Positions 9,737 through 18,927 of a DNA stretch of 64,000 bases are shown here, piece by piece; position 1 is the stretch's first letter; every line of letters begins with the position of its first letter. The stretch lies in contig WTHC01000025.1 in the NCBI GenBank assembly GCA_011523285.1, positions 11,848 through 75,847 on the forward strand, read 5' to 3'. Below the pieces are notes generated by a model. That model did no database searches. It saw only the letters and a list, made by a program, of their open reading frames with translations, and was not told where the DNA came from. The DNA comes from Nitrosopumilaceae archaeon (GTDB lineage Archaea; Thermoproteota; Nitrososphaeria; Nitrososphaerales; Nitrosopumilaceae). The position numbers were made by a program, and so were the translations under genes.

Positions 9737-10261
9737 TTAATCGATTGTTTTGGATAAAATATTCTTACCTCGAACATCTGGAATGATTTCAATCTTTGCA
9801 TTATTAAATTTTTTTAAAAACTGTTTGCCATGTTGAATTCTATCTAAAAATACTGCTAACGCACTAATTTCAGAATGTGGTTGATTGCCTATCGCTATAT
9901 TATAGTCTGCAATTTCGTAGATCTCTCTAGGCACTTTACTAGCTCCTACTATTATTAACATATTATTTTCGGCATTTATCTTTGAACATGCACAATTAAT
10001 ATCCTCTCCATACATTGTTAAATGAATAATTTTATATGATTTTTTTTTGATTTTAATGAATTTTTTCCAATTGTTAATAAAATCAATCTCAAAATTACCA
10101 CCCCATGTCGAATTAATTTTGTACACAGTATTTTTCATATGCTCATTATTTTCATGCATGTAAATCTTAGTTGCATTGAATGCACGTGCGACTAAAATTA
10201 TATGTGTTATTACACGTTCATCTCTTACTAATCTTTGTCCGATTTGTAATATTTCTATCAT
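9737..10261 (-). CDS. trm56: tRNA (cytidine56-2'-O)-methyltransferase aTrm56
   Basis: RDER..TH..LVARAF, IHLTMYG, VGA.KVP and NIAIGNQPHSEISALAVFLDR motifs. Confidence 0.93.
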   Translation of the reverse strand: MIEILQIGQRLVRDERVITHIILVARAFNATKIYMHENNEHMKNTVYKINSTWGGNFEIDFINNWKKFIKIKKKSYKIIHLTMYGEDINCACSKINAENNMLIIVGASKVPREIYEIADYNIAIGNQPHSEISALAVFLDRIQHGKQFLKKFNNAKIEIIPDVRGKNILSKTID

Positions 10262-10336
10262 ATATATTATTGAAATTTAATTACACATTATAATATATTT
10301 GCAAAAACTTCTAATACGCTGTGTGTAGGTAACTCA

Positions 10337-11374
10337 TTATTCTTTTGGTTTGAGTACATTTTCTATGTTTATATTTAAAACAATTTCAGCGATATCTTCT
10401 GCGTATTCAGCTATACGCTTTATATGCTCGATTATTTTGCGTATGAAATAAATTTCTTCATTATCTGTGATTGTATTTGTTTCATCTAAAACAATTCTTT
10501 CATGCTGAATTATTTTAGATGTATTATCTATAGTGTAATCTGCATGATTGAAATCTTTCTTAAACAAAGACAAACATGATTGATCAATAAGATATAATGC
10601 AAATTCGGCCATTTCTTTTATTTTATAATAGATGGGTTTTTGAATTGATTTTTTGAATCGTATTAATTCTTCTGCTATTAATACCACATGATCTCCAGTA
10701 CGTTCTATATTTTTTGTGATTACTCTGTATCCTAAACAATTTCTAGCATTAAATTTCATATCTATTAATACCTGTTCATTCTGGATAGCAATTTTTAATT
10801 GTCGTATTATGTAAAAACCAAACCTATCTACCTCGTCATCTGTTTTTATTACTTCGTTTGCTAGATCTAAATTCGTTTCTTTGAGAGCTAATAATATGTC
10901 TGTTAACATAGATTTTGCGAGATGTGTCATTCTTTTGAATGCATTATCTATGGATAATCCTAACGAATTAACTAATACTTGAATAACTATTCCACTAGTA
11001 GAATCTGCAGTAATTTCAGCACCTATTAACATTCGTTTTACAGTCTCTTTGATTATATTTCGTTGAGCTGGTTTTAGTCTACCTATCGTTGGTTTTATAG
11101 TGATTATTTTGAATCCTATAAAATACAATGAAATAATTTTCCTTATTACAGATTCTTCGTCATCATTTTGTATTTCGAAAACTGCATCTTCACAGTTAGT
11201 ATAATTAGTTAAATTCTTAGATGGTATTAATTGTAATGCTGTGTTTTGTTTTTTAATTGTAATCTGATCTCCGCGCTTTAATCCTAACTCATTTATCCAA
11301 GATTTGGGTAGTGATATTATATATGATGATTTGCCAGTAAATTGAATTTTTCTTATTTCTTCATTTTTGACCAT
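10337..11374 (-). CDS. phoU: AbrB-domain/PhoU-family phosphate uptake regulator
   Basis: N-terminal RKIQFTGKSSYIISLPKSW (AbrB) followed by two PhoU repeats (DDEVDRF, ERTGDH, RIAEYAEDIAE). Confidence 0.88.
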   Translation of the reverse strand: MVKNEEIRKIQFTGKSSYIISLPKSWINELGLKRGDQITIKKQNTALQLIPSKNLTNYTNCEDAVFEIQNDDEESVIRKIISLYFIGFKIITIKPTIGRLKPAQRNIIKETVKRMLIGAEITADSTSGIVIQVLVNSLGLSIDNAFKRMTHLAKSMLTDILLALKETNLDLANEVIKTDDEVDRFGFYIIRQLKIAIQNEQVLIDMKFNARNCLGYRVITKNIERTGDHVVLIAEELIRFKKSIQKPIYYKIKEMAEFALYLIDQSCLSLFKKDFNHADYTIDNTSKIIQHERIVLDETNTITDNEEIYFIRKIIEHIKRIAEYAEDIAEIVLNINIENVLKPKE

Positions 11375-11458
11375 ATTAATAATTATAATAATTAATTCTA
11401 TATAGTTAATTCGATTAATATAAAACTACTAATAAATCATATTTCTTCATATGTATTA

Positions 11459-11917
11459 ATGGATCCACTAATAAAATTAAAATATACTATAGATATATTA
11501 TTCGGACATAACACTTCTAAATTTTTACCAAAACCAATGACATTTTTTTTCTCTCATAAAAATGGACGACTACGAAATGTTTATTACAACGATCAATTGC
11601 TTTGTACGTTGAGAATAGACGGGGGATTAGCAATCTCTATTTTTCTTGCTGCAATGTTATTAAAAAATGCGAAATTTCTAACATATTGCCTAGCGGTAGA
11701 TAAAGTTTCAAAACCATTCATTGAAAAAGGACGATCTGTATTTTGTAATCATGTTACATGGTGTGGAAAAAATGTTCATATCCAATCAGATGTTCCTGTT
11801 TTATACCAAAACAAAGTTATAGCTATAGGCAAAGCTATGCTGTCGTCAGAGATGATAATTTCGCAAAGCAGAGGCGTAGCCGTTAAAATTAGAAATAGTT
11901 TAAAATGTCATCGTTAA
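11459..11917 (+). CDS. Stand-alone TGT C2 + PUA domain protein
   Basis: GRLRNV...LCTLR.DG, GRSVFC.HV, VIAIGKA.LS and GVAVKIR match the ArcTGT C-terminal region. Confidence 0.8.
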   Translation: MDPLIKLKYTIDILFGHNTSKFLPKPMTFFFSHKNGRLRNVYYNDQLLCTLRIDGGLAISIFLAAMLLKNAKFLTYCLAVDKVSKPFIEKGRSVFCNHVTWCGKNVHIQSDVPVLYQNKVIAIGKAMLSSEMIISQSRGVAVKIRNSLKCHR

Positions 11918-11928
11918 TGTAAAATATT

Positions 11929-12270
11929 ATGATGCGTGGAAATAATCGCCATCTTAGAAGAATGATGGATAAAATGGGGCTTGATATGAATGAAGTACAT
12001 GATGTACAAAAAGTGATAATTACAACTGCCAAAAAGGAAATAATCATAAATAAACCATCTGTTACAGAAATGAAAGCACAAAGTAACTCTATTTTTCAAA
12101 TTGTAGCAACTAATCTAGAAGAAAAAGAATTGGATACCCCAATCTTCAACAAAGATGACATTCTGTTAGTGTGTCAACAAGCTAACGTTGATACAGATAA
12201 AGCCATTTCTGCTTTAACTGAATCCAAAGGTGATCTTGCACAAGCAATTTTATTATTAACTACAAAATGA
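11929..12270 (+). CDS. nac: Nascent polypeptide-associated complex protein
   Basis: RRMMDKMGL..EV, plus C-terminal UBA-like DI.LV.QQANV...A..AL....GDLAQAIL.L. Confidence 0.93.
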   Translation: MMRGNNRHLRRMMDKMGLDMNEVHDVQKVIITTAKKEIIINKPSVTEMKAQSNSIFQIVATNLEEKELDTPIFNKDDILLVCQQANVDTDKAISALTESKGDLAQAILLLTTK

Positions 12271-12304
12271 AACATTAAATTACTGATCTGTTATAATAGA
12301 ATAA

Positions 12305-12625
12305 TTGGGCGAACAAGTAAATAAAATAATAAAGGCACTATCAAGCCTAGAATCTGACATAGACTCTCTACATCAAGATGTATTAGTAATGCAAAATGAC
12401 TTAAAATCTCATACTCAACAAGAAATAAAAAAATTAACTATTGAAACTCAAAATATAGCAAACACGGAAGCACAAAGAATGATATCAAATGTACGTGATA
12501 AAGCAAAACTGAAATCAGAACAAATAATCAAAGATAATGAAAGTAAAATATCGAAGTTGAAAAATCAAATAGATCACAGCTTTGATGAAGTTGTAGATCA
12601 CATATTTGCGTTAGCATTAAAGTAG
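12305..12625 (+). CDS. Hypothetical coiled-coil protein, resembling A/V-ATPase peripheral stalk subunit H/G
   Basis: All-helical, charged 106-aa sequence; TTG start with a TATA-like box upstream. Confidence 0.55.
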   Translation: MGEQVNKIIKALSSLESDIDSLHQDVLVMQNDLKSHTQQEIKKLTIETQNIANTEAQRMISNVRDKAKLKSEQIIKDNESKISKLKNQIDHSFDEVVDHIFALALK

Positions 12626-12793
12626 TATATATGTACAAAATGTAATTTTTTTTTATGTTATTTTATTTATTAAATAATTGTGTATTATGTATTAATAACA
12701 TCATTCACGTTAAATAATTGATTATTTTTGGTGTATTTTATGTTGATCTTTAAATAGATCCTTTTATTAATAATATTACTTAGAGAGATAAAA

Positions 12794-13033
12794 ATGACAT
12801 GTAAAGGGATTTGTATACGATATAAGGCTCAAAAACCTGTTGGTACTGGCAGGTATGCATCAGGACAAAGACGCTGTCAAATATGTGAAATATTCATAAA
12901 ATGGGAAGGTCTTTGGTGTCCATGTTGTGGATACAGACTTAGAACCAAGCCTCGAAATCTTAAATATAAAGCTAAATTGCGTGCTAGAATAGAAGCAGAT
13001 TCACATACAGAAGAATTAACGATAAATGCATAG
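12794..13033 (+). CDS. Small basic Cys-rich zinc-finger protein, thaumarchaeal family
   Basis: CKGIC, CQIC and CPCCG motifs with K/R richness; has its own TATA (TTTAAATA, 12749-12756). Confidence 0.8.
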   Translation: MTCKGICIRYKAQKPVGTGRYASGQRRCQICEIFIKWEGLWCPCCGYRLRTKPRNLKYKAKLRARIEADSHTEELTINA

Positions 13034-13050
13034 TACATATTTCATAACTA

Positions 13051-13386
13051 ATGCCAAATTTAGGTTATGCGACAAAAACTGTTCACACTTGTAACAGAAA
13101 ATTTGTTATTCATGTATTAAAACTTAGTAATGGTTGTTTTGTTGTTGTATCAGAAGATTCTGAAAAATTAGGTTCTATGCTAGCAGCTATTTCTACTAAT
13201 ATACCTACTACCATAACAATACTACCTGATAAAAATAATCCGGTTTTTTCTCAATTAATTGTAAAACAAGTTTCTTCTGCTATAAACGGAATATGTATTT
13301 CATCAGTATATTTATTAAAAACTATAGATGCTGAAACCATAAAAACATTGATGACACATATAATGAAATTAATCCAAAATGACTGA
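13051..13386 (+). CDS. Hypothetical protein, possibly proteasome assembly chaperone 4-like
   Basis: 111-aa ORF with an NGCFV.VSE...KLGS pattern; overlaps the UbiD gene start. Confidence 0.55.
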   Translation: MPNLGYATKTVHTCNRKFVIHVLKLSNGCFVVVSEDSEKLGSMLAAISTNIPTTITILPDKNNPVFSQLIVKQVSSAINGICISSVYLLKTIDAETIKTLMTHIMKLIQND

Positions 13387-14713
13387 TTTACGTTGTTATA
13401 TTGATGTACTACAAAAAAAAGACGATCTTATAACAATACATAAAAATGTCAATACCAAATTCGAAATAGCTGGTGTCACGTCTAAACTAGACAATTCCAA
13501 AGCTGTTTTATTTACTAATATCGAAGGCAGTTATTTTAGATTGGTGTCTAATCTAATTGGTACTAAAACCAGATATGCTCAAGCAATAGGTGCCCAAGAA
13601 AATAATATTCATAATAAAATCATCCATGCTATTGATAACGCATCGATGCCTAATATTATCTCCACAGGCAAATTCCTCGCCAATAGATCTACTGATCTTT
13701 CAATACTCCCGATAGTTACACATTTTGAAAAAGAACCAGGACCTTTTATCACATCATCAATAATACATGTACAAAACCCTCATAGTGAAACACAGAATTT
13801 ATCATTTCATAGACTTCAATACCTAGACGAAAACCATTTGTCTGTTCGAATGGTTGAGGGCAGACATTTACATCGTGCATTTGTAGATGCTCAAACACAT
13901 GGTAATGATCTTAAAGTAGCAATTGTGATTGGGGTGCATCCTGCAATATCTATAGCTAGTGCTTATCAATTAGGTTATACTCAAAATGAAATTTCTATAG
14001 CTAACTCCATTTTAAATAACCATATTTCATTAACTAGATGTTCATATTCTGGATTGTATGTTCCATCAGATGCAGAAATAGTAATTGAAGGCACTATATT
14101 GCAAGACAAAACACATCAGGAATGGATGGTAGAAATGTTACGAACTTACGATTTTGTACGAACGCAACCGGTATTCGAATTAGAGCATATTTATTTTAGA
14201 AACAATCCTATTTTTCATGATATATTACCTGGATACTGCGAACACAGATTGATAATGGGTTTACCAATTGAAGCTAAATTAAATAAATCATTAAAACGTT
14301 TATTTCCACAAGTTAAACAAGTTTATATGACATCTGGAGGATGTAATTGGCTGCATGTGATAGTACAAATTTCCAAACAAACACAATCAGATCCCAAAAA
14401 AATCATTAACAAAGCTTTTGAATTACATAAATCACTCAAAATGGTAACAATAGTAGATGATGATATTGATCCAACCAACTCAACATCTGTTGAATATGCA
14501 ATTGCAACTAGATTTCAAGCTATAGATGACTTGGTCATGATAGATAATATACGTGGTTCCAGTTTAGATCCATCTAGCGATCAAAAAAATTTATTAACAT
14601 CTAAGATGGGTTTGGATGCAACTAAATCATTTTCAAAGAGACAATCTGGTTTTGAAATAGCAAAAATACCTAAATTTTCAAACATATCTTTGTATGATTA
14701 TATGTCAACATAG
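13379..14713 (+). CDS. UbiD-family prFMN-dependent decarboxylase (probable anhydromevalonate-phosphate decarboxylase)
   Basis: LPI.THF..E.GPFIT, RMVEGRHL, EIVIEG, VDDDID and GSSLDPS...SKMGLDAT motifs. The substrate is inferred from the archaeal modified mevalonate pathway. Confidence 0.85.
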   Translation: MTDLRCYIDVLQKKDDLITIHKNVNTKFEIAGVTSKLDNSKAVLFTNIEGSYFRLVSNLIGTKTRYAQAIGAQENNIHNKIIHAIDNASMPNIISTGKFLANRSTDLSILPIVTHFEKEPGPFITSSIIHVQNPHSETQNLSFHRLQYLDENHLSVRMVEGRHLHRAFVDAQTHGNDLKVAIVIGVHPAISIASAYQLGYTQNEISIANSILNNHISLTRCSYSGLYVPSDAEIVIEGTILQDKTHQEWMVEMLRTYDFVRTQPVFELEHIYFRNNPIFHDILPGYCEHRLIMGLPIEAKLNKSLKRLFPQVKQVYMTSGGCNWLHVIVQISKQTQSDPKKIINKAFELHKSLKMVTIVDDDIDPTNSTSVEYAIATRFQAIDDLVMIDNIRGSSLDPSSDQKNLLTSKMGLDATKSFSKRQSGFEIAKIPKFSNISLYDYMST

Positions 14714-14766
14714 ACTAGATTATAATACTAATAACCCTAATCATATGTTTAATATAATCTTATTTT

Positions 14767-15687
14767 CTACATTGAATCTATTATCAATGCAATAAATAAT
14801 ACTGCAAGATATGGATTTGAAAATTTAAACAGCAACCAAGATTTTGTTTCTAGAGGCTTAATCATTACCATGACACTTATAATTATCATAACTATTCCAG
14901 ATACTATTGCTGTATACAAATATACTAGTCCAACTACCATATGTCCATCAACTTTTACAAAAAATGGTAATATGCTGAATACTACCATGATTATTGTTGT
15001 AGATGAAATTATTCTAGACGACATTTTTTCAGATATCACAGCAGTTAGCATGGGTATATTCACTTTATTGTAATCTTTTTTATAATGTAATGCAAGAGCC
15101 CAAATATGCATAGGAATCCAAATAAATACTAGTCCTCCTATTATTAGGCCTAACTCAAATAAACCTTCGGTTGTTACTGCCGAATATCCTATCATAGCTG
15201 GTGCTGCTCCTGAAAACCCTCCTAGTATTATATTCAATTTACTTTTACGTTTCAACAGGTAGCTATATACTATAATATTGTCAAATAGACCAAAAGCCAT
15301 AAAAACAGTAGCTAGAGCTCCATTAGCTAGAGAAGTAGTATATGAAATCAATGTAGCTAATATAATAGATATAGAGGCTAACGTTAAACCAAAATTTCTG
15401 GCATTTAAAGGTGTTATTCTATTACTTGGTATCGGCCTATGTTTAGTACGATCCATAATTGAATCTATATCTCTATCACGATAATTTGTAAGTGTATTCG
15501 CAGCTGCAGAACCTGCAGCTACACCACATAAAATTAGACTCCATGTATAAACCGAAACATCTATGTTGTATATGTTAGATGCAGTTAATGCAGCTCCAAA
15601 TGAAGTAAATACTAACAGATACCATATTCTTGGTTTTGTTAATTCATAGTATACTTTTATGCGTGATCTCGTTTTACCCATTCTCAA
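14767..15687 (-). CDS. ctaB: Protoheme IX farnesyltransferase
   Basis: YELTKPR, DRDID..M.RT..RPIP and WIP.H.WALA....DY....IPML motifs; multi-pass membrane protein. Confidence 0.95.
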   Translation of the reverse strand: MRMGKTRSRIKVYYELTKPRIWYLLVFTSFGAALTASNIYNIDVSVYTWSLILCGVAAGSAAANTLTNYRDRDIDSIMDRTKHRPIPSNRITPLNARNFGLTLASISIILATLISYTTSLANGALATVFMAFGLFDNIIVYSYLLKRKSKLNIILGGFSGAAPAMIGYSAVTTEGLFELGLIIGGLVFIWIPMHIWALALHYKKDYNKVNIPMLTAVISEKMSSRIISSTTIIMVVFSILPFFVKVDGHMVVGLVYLYTAIVSGIVMIIISVMVMIKPLETKSWLLFKFSNPYLAVLFIALIIDSM

Positions 15688-15861
15688 TATCTAACACTAC
15701 GCAGTATTAAAAATACAACTTTTTGCTATTTGATTTATATCTGTAAACATGTTGAATCGATTTTCATTATGTTATTATAAATTTATACATTTTATGAAAT
15801 ATGCTATCTTACTAATATGCAATTCATCATAAACTGATTATAGATTTGTGGCAAAATTTAA

Positions 15862-16941
15862 CTATATTTTGCCTTTTTTATATAACAATTCTGCCAATAA
15901 GATAGCTCCTTTTGCAGACCCCATTTTTTTATTATGTGAAAATAACACATACTTTATTCCATGATCGAATATGATTTCTTTTTCTAATCTTCCTATTGAT
16001 GTAGTCATGCCGTCATTGATTTCTCTATCTATTCTAGGTTGTGGTCTAGTTGGTTCATCATGTATTTCATAATATTTGGGAGGTGCAGATGGTAGACTCA
16101 AAATATTAAGATCGTTGAAGTATTCTTCATATGATTTTTTGACTAAGGTAGGATCTATTGGTTTTGATGTTTCTATAGATACAGATTCGGTATGGCCATC
16201 TATTACAGGGACTCTTGTGCATGTACAACTAATTTTTATATTTGCATTGTTTATTTTACCTTCATTAATCTTACCAAGTATCTTGGCAGTTTCTATCCTC
16301 ACTTTTTTCTCTTCATTTGGTATATATGGTATTATATTGTCCGTTATATCCATAGCAGGAACTCCTGGTGTTCTACCAGCTCCTGATATTGCCTGCATAG
16401 AAGTCATAATCACTTTATTAGTACCAAATTGTTCATATAGTGGTTTAAGAGTTATTGCCAAACCTGTAGTAGTACAATTTGGAATTGGCGCCACAAATCC
16501 ATTCCAATTTCTATTTTTTTTCTGAACATCAATCAAATCCACATGTTCATCATTTATACCGGGTATTAATATAGGCACATCTTCATCATATCTATACGCA
16601 GAAGATGTACTTATTACAGGCACAAATTTTGCAAATTTGGATTCTATCTCTCTAGCTGCTTCGCTTTCTATTGAAGAAAAAACCAAATCTATATTATCTA
16701 TTTTTATATCTTCTACCTTGTCCACTGTCATATCTTTTACATATTCTGGTATTGGTGATGCTGGGTGCCAATTTATTATTCCGCTACCTGCATCCTTGAT
16801 AGATTCCAAATATTTTTTTCCAGCTGATTTGTTAGAAGCTGCTATTTGAACTATTTCAAACCATGGGTGATTATTTAATGATACAACAAATTCTTGACCT
16901 ACAGAACCTGTTACTCCTATAATCGCAACCTTTTTTTTCAC
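15862..16941 (-). CDS. asd: Aspartate-semialdehyde dehydrogenase
   Basis: GVTGSVGQ, PNCTT, QAISGAG, CTRVPVIDGH, RPQPR and HN...GSA motifs. Confidence 0.96.
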   Translation of the reverse strand: MKKKVAIIGVTGSVGQEFVVSLNNHPWFEIVQIAASNKSAGKKYLESIKDAGSGIINWHPASPIPEYVKDMTVDKVEDIKIDNIDLVFSSIESEAAREIESKFAKFVPVISTSSAYRYDEDVPILIPGINDEHVDLIDVQKKNRNWNGFVAPIPNCTTTGLAITLKPLYEQFGTNKVIMTSMQAISGAGRTPGVPAMDITDNIIPYIPNEEKKVRIETAKILGKINEGKINNANIKISCTCTRVPVIDGHTESVSIETSKPIDPTLVKKSYEEYFNDLNILSLPSAPPKYYEIHDEPTRPQPRIDREINDGMTTSIGRLEKEIIFDHGIKYVLFSHNKKMGSAKGAILLAELLYKKGKI

Positions 16942-17010
16942 AATACAAATTCTAATTTTGGTTATAATAATATTTCATAATTTAATAATGACTATAATGA
17001 TAGTACTGAA

Positions 17011-18102
17011 GTGAAATTAAATATAAATAAAAACATAACATCTCATTCTACAATCAAACATGGAGGAATAAATGCATTAAATTTAAATGATTCCGATATT
17101 GTAGATTTTAGTACTAATGTAAATCCAATGGGGTGTTCTCCTAAAGTAATCAATCATCTTAAAACTTTTACAACATTATTTTCATCTTATCCAGATCCTT
17201 ATTCGAAACAACTCTATGAGAAATTAAGTGAATACACAGGAATAAATAAAAACCGCATCGTAGTAGGTAATGGATCAATAGAAGTACTATATGATTTTTG
17301 TAGAGTATTTTTAAACCCGCAAACGCCTGTATTGATACCAATACCAACATTTGGAGAATATGAATCAGCATCTAAACTTCAGGGATGTAAACTTATTTTT
17401 TTTAAAACTATGGATTTAAACAAAAATTTAGAAAACTTCATAAAAAAAATACCTAATAACGGTTGTATTTTTATCTGCAATCCTAATAACCCTACTGGGA
17501 TATTGATTAAACAAAAAAATATGTTCAAAATTATAAAAACTGCCCAAATTAAATCATCAATGATACTTGTGGATGAATGTTTTATAGAATTAACATGTGA
17601 TGAAAAAGAATCTGTCTTAAAATATATTGAACATTTTGATAATCTATTTTTACTAAGATCACTAACTAAAACATTTGGCTTGGCAGGACTGAGAATAGGT
17701 TATGGAATAGGTGATAAAAAAATTATTAAAACCCTCAAAAAAATCAAAATTCCTTGGAGCATCAATACATTAGCTCAGAAAGCTGCATCTTTATCTCTAT
17801 CTGATAAATTATATTTAAGCAAAACTAGAAACTTAATTAAACAAGAATACATATTCTTAACAAAATCGATATCTAAAATAAATAATTTTATTTGTTATAA
17901 TTCAGATACAAGCTTTATACTCATTAAATCTTTGTTAGATACTACATTTTTACAGGAGCAACTTCTGAAACATAAAATTTTAATAAGAAACTGTAATAAT
18001 TTCAGAGGATTGAATAACCATTTTTTTAGGATATCCATTAAAACACATAATGAAAATTTAAAGTTAATTAAATCATTGGAAGTGATATCACGAAAACATT
18101 AA
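17011..18102 (+). CDS. cobD: L-threonine-O-3-phosphate decarboxylase (PLP fold type I)
   Basis: HGG, DFSTNVNP, CNPNNPTG, VDECF and RSLTKTFGLAGLRIGY motifs; first gene of the cob cluster. Confidence 0.88.
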   Translation: MKLNINKNITSHSTIKHGGINALNLNDSDIVDFSTNVNPMGCSPKVINHLKTFTTLFSSYPDPYSKQLYEKLSEYTGINKNRIVVGNGSIEVLYDFCRVFLNPQTPVLIPIPTFGEYESASKLQGCKLIFFKTMDLNKNLENFIKKIPNNGCIFICNPNNPTGILIKQKNMFKIIKTAQIKSSMILVDECFIELTCDEKESVLKYIEHFDNLFLLRSLTKTFGLAGLRIGYGIGDKKIIKTLKKIKIPWSINTLAQKAASLSLSDKLYLSKTRNLIKQEYIFLTKSISKINNFICYNSDTSFILIKSLLDTTFLQEQLLKHKILIRNCNNFRGLNNHFFRISIKTHNENLKLIKSLEVISRKH

Positions 18103-18926
18103 TGATTCAGGGTACTTCTTCTGGATCTGGGAAAACGACACTAGCTATTGCACTGTGTAGAATATTTAAAAATCTTGGATATAGAGTGGCGCCATTTAAA
18201 TCTCAAAATATGTCTAATTTTGTTTACAAGTACGGTGATAATTGCGAAATGCCTATAGCGCAGGTATTACAAGCTATTGCATCTAAAACTAAAATTATAT
18301 CTGACATCAATCCAATTTTATTAAAACCTCTCGGAAATTATCGAAGTGCAGTATTTGTACGTGGTAAATTCTATAAAATTATGAATACAGATGAATATTA
18401 TCATAAATTTCTTGATATTGCTTTTAATATTGCTATTGAATGCCTTGATAATCTAAAACGTAAAAACGATTTAATAATTATTGAAGGTGCTGGTTCTCCA
18501 GTCGAAATCAATATGACAAAATATGATATAGCTAACATGAAAATTGCAGAAAAATCTGAAACTCCCGTTATACTAGTAACTGATATTGATCGAGGTGGTT
18601 CATTTGCTAGTATTGTAGGCACTATGCAACTATTAAATATAAAACATAGCTCATTAATCAAAGGATTTATTTTTAATAAATTCCGTGGGGATAATAATAT
18701 ACTATATCCAGGTTTTCAACAACTTCTGAAGTATACAAATAAACCAACATTTGGAGTAATCCCAAAAATTAATATCAAATTACCACAGGAAGATTCTTTA
18801 GATCAAATACATGTAAATTCTACTTACAATATTAAAAATACTAAGTCTATAAATACAGAAATTGAAAATTTATGTTCTGTGATAGAAAATAATATTAAGA
18901 TTCACGAAATAGAGGAATTTTTGTAA
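18102..18926 (+). CDS. cobQ: Cobyric acid synthase, synthase domain only (no glutaminase domain)
   Basis: MIQGTSSGSGKT, APFKSQNMS, NPILLKP, EGAGSP.EIN, DIDRGG, NKFRGD and EDS motifs; only 274 aa. Confidence 0.9.
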   Translation: MIQGTSSGSGKTTLAIALCRIFKNLGYRVAPFKSQNMSNFVYKYGDNCEMPIAQVLQAIASKTKIISDINPILLKPLGNYRSAVFVRGKFYKIMNTDEYYHKFLDIAFNIAIECLDNLKRKNDLIIIEGAGSPVEINMTKYDIANMKIAEKSETPVILVTDIDRGGSFASIVGTMQLLNIKHSSLIKGFIFNKFRGDNNILYPGFQQLLKYTNKPTFGVIPKINIKLPQEDSLDQIHVNSTYNIKNTKSINTEIENLCSVIENNIKIHEIEEFL

Positions 18927-18927
18927 C

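Noticed and set aside
16076..16849. Plus-strand ORFs opposite asd, and similar ones opposite guaB, ths, hisG, tiaS and tgtA
   Set aside because: They are antisense shadows of conserved genes with no supporting motifs.
18102..18926. cobQ as a pseudogene
   Set aside because: There is no frameshift or downstream remnant. The motifs are intact, a native-like C-terminal helix is kept, and the gene is tightly coupled to cobD and cbiB.
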